Source: Lingula anatina (lineage: Eukaryota > Animalia > Brachiopoda). From it: a stretch of DNA of 64,000 nt. The DNA is taken from contig CM120642.1 of assembly GCA_051362555.1 (NCBI GenBank), positions 15,748,001 to 15,812,000 on the forward strand. Direction: 5' to 3'. Shown here piece by piece: positions 12,415 to 33,066 of this stretch (position 1 is the first letter of the stretch; each line of letters opens with the position of its first letter). The notes under the pieces were generated by a model. The model was not told where the DNA came from and did no database searches. It worked only from the letters and a program-made list of their open reading frames with translations. The translations under genes and the position numbers were made by a program.

Positions 12415-15400
12415 CTTATTTGCAATATTAAACAAAATTTACCTGCATAATTATCACTGCTTCCTTATTATTAATCTAGCAGAGAGCTTAACCTATGGGA
12501 GTTTACAGGGAAATATCAACAAGTGTGCTTTATGTATCAATTAGGCAAATTACTTTATAACTGAAATTAGCGAATGTGATACCCAAGGGAAATTTATAGA
12601 CTGACCCTGTCAAAGGTCTTTCAGGCCCATAAGTCACAACTTAAGAAGAGCACAAAACAATAATGCACAAAATAGGAGACTACCACTTCTGATGCAATAA
12701 TACATTATGTTTAACTGCACAGTCAACATCAAATTTTAATTTAGCACAACAGGTAACACCGACGAAAGTAAAAGCATAAGGCTTCAGGCCCATCAGAGTT
12801 CAAGTTTATACTTAGAAAGTGCCAGAATGAGAAAAATGAAATTTCACACAAAATTGCATTAAATTCAATAATAAATGATAACCCAATTGACCTGGCTTTC
12901 TAATTTGATTTGCATGCCAATCCTAAAAATCATACTCTTAAGTTAAATATAATAATAAATAACACAGTTTTCTTTTCATAATGTTTGCAGTAGCAGTGCA
13001 AAAAGATTATTGTCAATTTTGATGTAACATTATATAATAAATTATAGAATAATTATCACCAATTTTTGATTATTGACTATAAATAGCATGAACATGTAGA
13101 AAATTTGATTAACATCCGGCTTCATGTCCATGGGAGCTCCGAGTCCCACAATGAATATGCCAAAAAGATAATGAATATTTCACTAAAATGTATAACTTCC
13201 AGAAAAAGAAGCCCATTAGACTGCTTTTCCAACTTGGGCTGCATTTTAGTCCTGTGTTTCTTTTTTGAAAGTTTGACAATCATAAGTAACACGGTTTTCC
13301 CATCATGGTCATCATGGCAGATGTGGATGATCGAATCTGACAAACTGCAATGATATGAGTTTATTTCCGTTTTGGACACTTGATTACACAATACATGATA
13401 ACAAGTTTACCATCATTTTTACATAATCAACTAACAATGTTGTAAAGATGCAGGAAATATCAAACAAACACTTTTACGTATCTTATTAGTTCAATAATGA
13501 TACTGTTAACATGCCTAAGAATTGAATCTGAGGAAATTTGAAAAAACAGTACAACTTCTAAAATAATGGCCGATAACGCTGATTTTCGAACTCAACCTGC
13601 ATTTTTGTAAGATTGACCACTCCTGTGAGTATAATGACAATTGGCTAAGATGTTTTTCTTATATTGTGTTATTTATGTTGCATATATGTTGAAAAAAGTG
13701 AAAAAACAGCATAAAAAAATTAAAAGAAAATGTAAAATAAAACATAACAAAAAATACCAATAAAGCTGCTATTCAAACTTTTAATCTAGCTGTACAATTA
13801 CTAACATGATATGAATAACCCTATTGAGTTTGAGAATAATAAGGCACTGTTATTCATCTTTAGCATTAATGTAAGCGTTACACAAAATTTTTTTTGTAAA
13901 CTTATTTTCCATATTAAATAACATTTACCTGCATAATAATCATCGATTCCTAATTATGTGACACAGTTAAGAAAGCTAAACCGATGGGACTTTACAATGA
14001 AATCTCGATGTGTGTTTATGTAATCTCATTTAATGCCCACTTGAAAATTAATTAAGCAAATTATTTTATAACCCTGAAATAACTTGAAAATCAATTAAGC
14101 AAATTATTTTATAACCCTGAATTAACTGCCTACTATCCATATACATTTATTGCACCAAATAGCACTGTACTGCATTGCTTTCAAAACAGAAAACAATTAC
14201 GATAGTTTTCCAACACAAGCTGCACTTCAGTCTTTTCAGTAAGGTTGATTATCATAAGTAACATGGTTTTCCCTTAATCGCTATCCTGGCAGCAGTGTCC
14301 AAAATAGGGTTTTCTTTAACTTTCATGCAATATAACATAATACTTAACAGCATAATGACCATCAAATTTTTTATAAAAAAATAAAAGTATCATGGATATT
14401 CAGAAAATGTGATATGGAAAGGTCTCCAAGGACATGGAAGTTAGGGTCACACTTTCAAAATGCCAAAATGTTAACAAGAGATAACTGTACTGAAATGATT
14501 TTCTTTCCATTTTCAACACCTTTTTTACATAAAACCATCATCAATTAACTGTCATTTTTAAATGATCAACTAGGAAAATTGTTGACATAGGAAAAATATC
14601 AATAGAACAATTTATAATGTCCAATTAGCTCCATTTGGAGATTCTGAACATAGTGAATGATTGAATCTGACGAACTGCAATGATGAGTTCCTTTCCATTT
14701 TTGATACTTTATTACACAATGCAGGATAATAGGTTTACCGTCATTTTTATATAATCAACTAACAATATTGTTAAGAAGCAGAAAATGTTAAAACAACACT
14801 TTAACATATCCAATTAGTACCGTTATGAGACTGTTAACATGCTTAAGAATTAAATCTGAAGAAAAACCACTTATATACAAAAAGGCTAATAACTTCATCA
14901 AAACTTAACTGATCAAGCTTATTTTCAAACTTGATCTGTATACTGGTCAGATTGATCACTCCTGTGAGTTGCAAGACAAAAGGCTGATTGGTTTTCCTTA
15001 AAATGCGTTATCAGTGTTGCATGTATGCTGAATAAAGGGAAAAAAACAGCATTACTTTTGTAAAAATAGTCCAATCATGCCAATTTTCAAACTTGACCTG
15101 CGTATTATAAATATTCACCAGTTCTGTAAATTTCAATCCCAGGAAAGGAAAAACATTTTTACACTTATCATGTTATCGGTGTTATAAAAGTGCTGAAAAA
15201 ATTGAAAAAAAAAAACAAAAAAAAAAAAAAAACAGGATAACTTCCATAAAAATTGCCCGATCTTGCTGATTTTCAAACTTGACCTGCGTATTATGAAAAT
15301 CCATTAGTTCTGTAAGTTTCAAGCCAAATGAAAAAACAGTTTTCCACTTATTGTGTTATCAGTGCTGCATATATGCTGAAAAAAGTGAAAAAACAGCATA

Positions 15401-16762
15401 AATTCCCTAACAATAATCGAATCATGCTGATTTTCGAACTTGACCTGCGTATTATGAATATTTATCAGTTCTGCAAGTTTCAAGCCAAAAGGTAAATTGG
15501 TTTTCCACTTATGGTGTTATCGGTGCTGCATATATGCTGAAAAAAAGTGAAAAAACAGCATAAATTCCCAAAAAATGACCCAATCATGCTGATTTTCGAA
15601 CTTGACCTGTGTATTATGAATATTTATCAGTTTTGTAAGTTTCAAGCCAAAAGGTAGAATGGTTTTCCACTTATCGTGTTATCGGGGTTGCATATATGCT
15701 GAAAAAAGTGAAAAAACAGCATAAATTCCCTAAAAATGACCCGATCATGCTGATTTTCGAACTTGACCTGCGTATTATGAATATTCATCAGTTCTGTAAC
15801 TTTCAAGCCAAAAGGTAAAATGGTTTTTCACTTATCGTGTTATCGATGCTGCATATATGCAGAAAAAAGTGAAAAAACAGCATAAATTCCCTATAAGTGA
15901 CCCGATCATGCTGATTTTCGAACTTGACCTGCGTATTATGAATATTTATCAGTTCTGTAAGTTTCAAGCCAAAAGAAAAAACAGTTTTCCACTTATCGTG
16001 TTATCGGTAAAAGTGCACGGCGACGACGGCAACGACGGCGACGACGGCGACGGCGACGACAGACGCAGATGATGGCTATATGTACAGACACATCTGTGTC
16101 TGTACATAAAAATGAACATTATCTTTCTCCACTGATAACAATCATGAGAGCATTTAGTTTATTACAACATAGCAGTGAAAAGTCTCCAACTTACCATCTC
16201 GTGATGCAGTCCTCCACAGCATTAGTCAAACCATGCCCTAGATGTAGGTTACCTGTCACATTGGGAGGGGGAATTACTATTGTAAACTGCCCTTTAGGAT
16301 TGTCTTCATAGGCCGAGGATCTCTGAATCAGTGGAATTTCAAGAAAAAAACATCAATTCTGTCACAATTCTAATTACAAAATTATTAATGTAAATCAATT
16401 GGAATGATCAAAGAAGTTGTTTCCACCTTTTAAAGAACAACTCGTTTCCATGTGCCAGCCTGATAACCCTGCTGCCATCTGGTGATACAGTATACAGAAG
16501 AGCACGTGTAACTTATATTCTCATACTGTATGCAATTTATACACACCCCATACTCTGGTTTGAAGAAGCCACTTTTCTCCCACCAACTATACCAGGCTGC
16601 CTCTACATACTGCGGGCTGTAGGCTTCGGGCATGGCACCACTCACATCTGAATAAAAAAAAGCATATGGTATTTTCTAATAATATCAATAATTTATAAAT
16701 AGATATTTAAGTCAATTTGGTGTTTCCAAAAAAGATAACACTGACCCAAAAATAAAGAAGTT

Positions 16763-16827
<65 letters not shown>

Positions 16828-17227
16828 GTGTTTGTTTTCTTGCACTTGTTACCTTTCTTTTCTCCTTCAGGAGTGTTCTTGTCATATGTAATGATGACTT
16901 TTTCTTTCTTTTCTTTGGCAGGCTTCTTTTTCTTAAAATAAAAATAACTACATATATTGTTTCTTCAAAATACTTAGTACAGTATACACAAGAAGTATTT
17001 ACTTTTACTCTTAAATTACAGTTAGAACTTACAAAGAAAATTTGATCAGGACCTTATTTCTTTCAATGAAAACACACCTCTCCAGCTCCTTCAGTGTTCT
17101 TCTGCTGCTGCTTGGCCTGTTTTGCCAGAAATTTCTCCATTTTTTCCTTCTTTTTAGCTTCTTTTAGCAGCTGTGCTGGTGTCTTCTGCACAGGTTCGCC
17201 ATCACCATTTGCTGCTGTGTCAGCCAT
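70..17227 (-). CDS. VARS1: Valine--tRNA ligase (cytosolic type), 22 coding exons visible, 3' end continues beyond the left edge
   Basis: Exons: 17227-17078, 16931-16853, 16647-16547, 16322-16195, 11263-11099, 10791-10710, 10302-10183, 9545-9437, 8672-8493, 8318-8194, 8008-7905, 7615-7534, 3596-3520, 3293-3203, 3035-2930, 2517-2447, 2109-1984, 1638-1534, 1243-1175, 954-876, 561-434, 225-70. All introns GT-AG with frame preserved. Class I motifs [13 protein letters not shown] and KMSKS, plus [20 protein letters not shown] and [12 protein letters not shown]. Lys-rich N-terminus with no GST-like domain. Confidence 0.97.
825..889. repeat. 33-bp tandem duplication spanning a VARS exon end and its 5' splice site
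   Basis: acagaaatcctatcttaccttgtgaggtatat (825-856) and acagaaatcctaccttaccttgtgaggtatat (858-889), one mismatch. Confidence 0.9.
3766..7272. mobile_element. Non-autonomous Helentron-associated (HINE/pearl-like) element in a VARS intron
   Basis: Starts ACTAG followed by a small hairpin gaggcg..cgcctc (3780-3795). Subterminal inverted repeat attgtaccaccagc (3801-3814) / gctggtggtacaat (7257-7270). Internal tandem array, GGCGGAGCC-type short repeats (~7170-7212), and terminal palindrome tgtaccgccagcg-ctaa-cgctggtggtaca (7239-7268). No transposase. Confidence 0.8.
3968..6270. repeat. 146-bp tandem array, about 16 copies
   Basis: The landmark aggtcaaaggtca recurs every 146 nt from 4117 to 6161. 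The repeated ORF-track entries at 4397/4835/5273/5711 are spaced 438 = 3 x 146. Confidence 0.97.
9716..10085. repeat. AT-rich degenerate repeat, probable decayed transposon fragment
   Basis: Direct repeat aacaccctaattaattaca (9716) / aacaccctacttaattaca (9929) and many aacatt/aatgtttctc sub-repeats. Confidence 0.45.
12126..12311. mobile_element. ~185-bp mini HINE/Helitron-N type element nested in the larger element
   Basis: ACTAG start, hairpin gcactc-cga-gagtgc (12136-12150), subterminal inverted repeat acctctgccaagg (12153-12165) / ccttggcagaggt (12296-12308), gacaaacag remnant and terminal acctc..gaggt hairpin. Confidence 0.8.
12359..12413. repeat. (AT)n microsatellite
   Basis: Direct reading. 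Confidence 0.99.
14880..16007. repeat. ~161-bp tandem array, about 7 copies, more diverged toward the left
   Basis: The landmark tcatgctgattttcgaacttgacctg occurs at 15422, 15584, 15745 and 15906. Diverged copies occur at ~15261, ~15076, ~14912, with an isolated one at ~13576. Confidence 0.93.
16763..16827. repeat. (AAT)n microsatellite
   Basis: Direct reading. Confidence 0.99.
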
Positions 17228-18082
17228 AGTCACTGCAAAATAAGATGCTATTGATAAGGAAATGATTTCCATTTAATATATCTCATGTTCAAAATTGTTG
17301 TCTAAAATATATAAAAACAGGATCCAATCTGATACTATTTCAATCTCAAACTGAACATTTACCCGTTTTCAGAAAATGAAAGATTATATATCATTTCAAT
17401 TAAAATGTTTCTTATCATCTGTTAAACAATTCTACTTATCAAATCTAATATAAATCTAATATATATCAAGCATAATGTATTGATGAATCGATAGAGACGG
17501 ACTGCACACCCCGGAGGTCTCTCAGATTTGCCTCTGCTTGATGCGCATGAGCTGAAAGGATGGTTCACGCCCCAAACGATTCATGCCACACCAGTCATAC
17601 TAATTATCTGAATCAACCAGAATCAAGATCTTGATCGACAGAGGTCGAAACATTGTGTTGAGTTCAACTCAAATGGAACTTAAAGTGGAAAAAAAAATGG
17701 AAAGTTACTTTGATGTTAAAATTATCTTATTAAGATAGTATTTCATGTATTTTGTGGAAGTTGGGGATATTTAAGTATTTAGTGACACCCTCCAAGATGG
17801 TACACATTTTGGCAGGGCACAGCCACTCATAATTTTTCAGAATGATAATTACATCACATACTCAACTTTATTCTTGATCGATGCATTCGATTAACAATAA
17901 GGCTACAGAAGCCAAACAGGCAACAATTTTTGGAGACCTTATATTACTCTGTTGGCAGTTACTGCCACGCACCTTGAGGCTTGAAGTTGAAGGCGTCTGC
18001 TGCTAGTAAAATAAAATCCGCCTTATTTACCGGTTGAATGGGACATTAACTTTATCGAAAACCCAAATGCTGATCTACATAC

Positions 18083-18477
18083 CCAGTATAAACTCCCTGG
18101 ATGAACTGCTGCTAAAGTTTCGTCAGGTATCAGTCAAGATGTGTGTAGAGGTGCCTTTTAACCGGTCTTAAATATCTTTCTACAGCTTTCCATGTGTTGC
18201 ATGAGATAGAGCCTCGTTTTTAGACTACATAAGGCTGATTTGTTCTAACATTGCAACTCCGATTAAAAACAATTCAATATATATAAAGTATTGATTTTAC
18301 ATCAGATCTAACTGTACTGCAAACGGTAATTTTTATAAAAAAATTTAGATATTTATTTCATTAATCTTTAATAAAAAAAAATATCCTCATATTTCTTTCA
18401 ACGTTATCGGATAAAAAGTATTTGGGGAACATATCAAGAGAGTCCCCGCAAGACAAGCCAATGATTTACGTAAAAAC
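18083..18477. promoter_or_regulatory. Putative bidirectional promoter shared by VARS (non-coding exon 1) and PTGES2
   Basis: Minus-strand donor TGG|GTATGT at 18083/18082 and an acceptor at 17233 just before the VARS ATG. The PTGES2 ATG lies at 18478 on the plus strand, with a CpG-richer interval between. Confidence 0.6.
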
Positions 18478-23893
<5,416 letters not shown>

Positions 23894-25246
23894 TCTATGC
23901 AGATACTGTATCATTTAAATTAAAGCCCTTGTGACAGGGATTCCCTGTTGTTGTGAGAATGACTCTGTACAAAGTTTGTTCTTGGAGCATGGGAAACAAC
24001 AACCATGTGAAAATATATAGAGACATCATTTAAACTGGAAAGCATTTTATGTGAAATGCATCACCCTTCTATAATGTGACTTTAAATAAGAACTTCATGT
24101 ATTCTTTAAAAATAGAATTGTAAAAACAGAATTTGATGTGTATGTAGACAATTAATCTTATTCCACTTTATTTATTTGCCCACAATGGTTCCACCTGTCA
24201 GTTCATTTGTATCAAGTGCTGAGAAATGTTTGTGGTCAATTTTGTGTATTAAATGTATATTTAATACCATTGGCAGCAAGGTAATTTGGTGAAAAGCATC
24301 AGACTTATTAACATTTCCTTCTAACAAAATTTTGCTGGCTTGCCATTGGTGGGTAGTACATGTACTATTTATATGCATCTTCGTTTCCGAGGAATGTTTA
24401 CTCCAAATTTGTAAAGTTCTGAATCAACCCAATTCATCAGTAAACAGCAATTTTGTAATGAACATTATATCATAAAATAAATACTTTTCCACGTCGTGTC
24501 ACAGGTTGGTTCTTATCTTTCACAAAGATCTATAATCTACTGGAAACCCAAGCTTTATACCATTATCAGCACAATTCCATGGTTTATAGCAAAGTCCAAT
24601 GCTCATTTTCTGGATTTGGTTGGCAAAATTTTCAAAATGAATAAACCGTGGTCATGCTCTGCATTTTGTTGAATTGATCTTTTTGAAAGCAAAATTTCCA
24701 ATCACAGCTAAGACTGATTTTCTTTTATTTCTTCACAATAAAACTAGACCTCATTTCTTGAGATCATCGACTACATAAAACATCCAGTCAATTAAAATGC
24801 AAAAAATGAACTTAATATTTACATTCAATTGTTTTCAACGTTATTTCAGCATTTTATATTCATTGATTTAAAATGAGCTGACTCAAACTTCATAAACTAC
24901 TTATTACTCACAATACAATAAGACTTTCCCTAATGGACAAAGCCAGACAATGGAAGAAATCAAACTTTCTGCCTGAGTTTAATCCAAATAACTCTTATGT
25001 ACAATATATAATGGATGCTGACAGTGTATTAAAAACGGGTTTGTTTAAAACTACTTTTGATATCTTTCCCTTCTGGAACTCCAGGCTCAACTGTTATCAA
25101 GTGAAGCACACCTGGTTTCAAACAATCGCTCTTTGCAGAGATATCATCAGAATGAAGTAAAGGTCTGCATTGCAACATCCAGTGGGAAAATTCTGTGCTG
25201 TACAATGTCTCTTTTTTATTAAACAATTTAAAATCATCCTGGCTCC

Positions 25247-29986
<4,740 letters not shown>

Positions 29987-30455
29987 TTTCAGTGATTTTT
30001 TTTAGAAATTTTTCTGAAATCAAACAGTTCACGACGTAAATAATCAAAAACCGAATATTTTTATTATAGTTATTAGTTATGATTTCGTTAGATTGACAAA
30101 GCACATTTCTTTGTTCGAACAAAATAAAACAAAGACAAGGGACAAGTCACAAAAGATCATTGAAGAATTTTACTACTAGAACTTCTTACTTGAAAACAGT
30201 AAAACTGTTATAGCAGGTCAAACTATCCAGCAATCGTTACACACCACAAAATAAGAAACTGCTGACAAAGGCAAAACTTTTTAGATCCACAAAGTCCAAA
30301 GGACCAGAGACATTTACCCAAAAAAGAACCATTATCTGCAAAATTTAAGGTCCCGTTTTAACTTCACTAAGTCTCCCTAAGCATAATTTACGTAATGCAA
30401 TACGACAAAGAAACTTTTGTCTTTTGAAAAACACGATGATTGAGGATATACTTAC

Positions 30456-30758
30456 TTGCCTGGGTTTCTTCTCAGTTAGCTCACAGCAAGATGGCGGTAA
30501 TATTAGGGCACCGGTAAATGCTGACGTCATGAAAAGAGGTAAGCCCGCACTGGAAAAAAATTGAAAATGCATTGTCATTAAGAATTTTAGACAGTCCCGT
30601 GATAATTTAATTAATTTTAATATGATTCTTTGTCAAAATATTGCAACAAATATTTTTTTGAAGGTTTCAATAAATGCAAAGCTACGTCACTTCCTTTTCT
30701 TAACTAGGTCAATTTATCATGTGAGGATCCCCCAGTAAAAGAAAAGAAACAACACGAG
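30456..30758. promoter_or_regulatory. DDX39B non-coding exon 1 and bidirectional promoter shared with BBLN
   Basis: Minus-strand donor CAA|GTAAGT at 30456/30455 and acceptor at 30014. YY1-type CCGCCATCTT (30488-30497), palindromic CRE TGACGTCA (30522-30529), TCT/TOP-like CCTCTTTTC on the minus strand (30531-30539), and acgtcacttcc (CRE half plus ETS) at ~30684 ahead of BBLN. Confidence 0.7.
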
Positions 30759-31454
30759 ATGAGCAGAAGGGAGACAAACGGCATTGATTTGAATGGGCAA
30801 AACGAGGCGGAACCCGACTTGACACTGGAGCAAGCCATTGAAGAATATGCTCATGGTATATGATGTTGGATATCTGCATTGTATTGCAAATAATGATTAT
30901 TGTATAGCTAGGTTTTCTGTTTATTAGTGGTGATGAAGTGTGTCATTATGAAAACTGTAAACTTGACTTATATTATTGCTACAAAACATTATTTTGAAAC
31001 CAAAGTTTCACCAACTCTGGGGTTCAATATTCATATTGTATCATAAACCAACTGTGGTGCATTTTTGTGCTTGTACCAAAGAGATGAATGGTAAATGCAG
31101 ATACATTTCGCTCAAAAATAAATGCACTGCTTTTGAACATCTGGGTTAACATCTAGACTAAATTCATATTTTCTTACAGAATATCAGAATATAAACAACA
31201 CCCTTGACCAGTTAGACTCTTGTCTGGACAGTATCGAGCAGCAGAATGACCAACTTAATGTTAAAATGCTAGAACTGCTACAGTCCAATAGGCAATTAAG
31301 ACAAGAATTGCAGACTGAGATTGTGGCAAAACAGCAAACAGAGACAGACATGGAAGCAGATTCCACTGAGCAAGACTGCTCTGTAGCAATAGACCAAAAT
31401 GCTGGGGATGCTAACAAACAAGTGGACAGTTCAGAAAAAACTGAAGAAACATGA
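30759..31454 (+). CDS. BBLN: Bublin coiled-coil protein (C9orf16/UPF0184 family), 2 exons
   Basis: Exons 30759-30855 and 31180-31454 (phase 1, GT-AG). Core EYQNINNTLDQLDSCLDSIEQQNDQLNVKMLELLQSNRQLR matches the C9orf16 pattern EY..IN..LDQ..SCLD..E..ND.L...L.ELL.SNRQ.R. Confidence 0.88.
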
Positions 31455-33066
31455 ATAAAGTATGTGTATTTATTGCAAGCTCGCCCAGAACTGAACATTC
31501 CTCAGTGACGGATTTTGACATGAATGCTGATATTCAATTCAGTGAATGGAGTTTACTCAAAACATGCGGTGATGTCCAAGGCTGTTGGTCAATTGAAACA
31601 AATGTTTATCACCATGCAGTAATCTACCAGTACTGCATATAGCATAGAAATTTAGGGGAAGAGTGCAATACTGGATATTTACTATAAAACACTTATAACT
31701 GGTTATAAAGACTAGTTCTTGAAGCCAAATTTAATACTTCAGTGTATGTGTCATAGCTTTGATTTTGTTGTCAAGTGCTTAGTTACACATGTACTTTACA
31801 AAAAACCTTTCGAAAGTAAATTGATGCCATAGAGGCATGTGATTGTTTGCTGTAACTACTTGCTGAGAATGACAATTTTGGGACCAGTGCAGTATTGAGA
31901 AAATTACTTGCTGAGATCAATTTAGTGACATGCAGAACTTAAAAATGGAAGTGCCGATGGATTTCCTTTAGCACTAATATATAACAAAATTAAATCAGTG
32001 TGAAGTTTGGCAAGTCCATTTCCTTTTGTTTGTTGTTGTGAAGGGGATACTTGGTATATTTTTGCCACTTGTGAAAGTTATATACATGAGATTTGGTCAG
32101 TATTTTCCTTTTTCCAGCCCTACAGAGGCCCCCAAAATTTTACGGCTAAGCCAGTCATACCAGTACTTCAAAATACAGTAAAAAGAAGGCCAATTTCTAA
32201 ACTTAAATCTTGTTTTAAATTTATTGAGCTCCAACATCAACATACATACTAATGTATGAAACAACTTAACCATGTTTTTTTGAAATCATAATTTAAATCT
32301 ATGAACTGTCATCTAGAGAAAAACAAAAACGGCTCAAAAAATAGCACGAGATCTTTGTGGATAAAGAATGTATTGGCTTCTGGCTTTGCAAATTAGACCC
32401 TCATGACATAACCTTCATGTACAGTACACCTTGTATAAAACTTCCCTTGTCACAGTACAATGTCAACAACATTTCTGCATTCCACGTACAAGTTCTTCCA
32501 CAATGTTTTTAAGCAGACATCAGATCAAATGGAATGTCAAATATTCTTTCATCCACTGATTGCAGTTAAAATGAGAATATTCCTCAAGGCATGGCCCCAA
32601 CACAATACAAAGCTATAGCAGTAAAATGAATAACTGGCATTGCATGCCAAAATAAAATAAATTCAAAGTACTGTCACATGGAGCTCTTTTTAAGCTGATC
32701 ATAACTGAAAGTATGTTTTAAATCATGTAAAATGTCATTTCAGAGATGTACAGCAAATATAAATAATGTAATTCATTATTTTTTTTACTACAAGATTTCA
32801 ACAACAACAACAAAATCACTGCAGCATCCAATTAGTTAACAAAGAGGCAAGTATTTTGAAGTACTAGTAAATACCCTTGGCTTATATCCACTATTACCAT
32901 AAAAGCAAAATCCAGTTAAAATTTTGAATCCAGTTTTCATATTTTCTTCACATCAGAAGTCTTGTGAACTGAATCTCTTGCAAGTGTCACTACATGTTGT
33001 ACTTGTACAAATGAAGCCTTTCCTGGGTTTCTGTCCAATTCTCCAACTTGCAGCTGCTGGTTTTAC

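Larger units (their letters stand above)
11554..16110. mobile_element. Second, ~4.5-kb non-autonomous Helentron-like element in a VARS intron
   Basis: Starts AACAAG followed by hairpin gcagc-aaa-gctgt. Subterminal repeat atgtacagaca (11576-11586) matches the terminal palindrome tatgtacagacaca-tc-tgtgtctgtacata (16079-16108). (GAC/GGC)n microsatellite at 16018-16066 and an internal tandem array. Confidence 0.7.
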
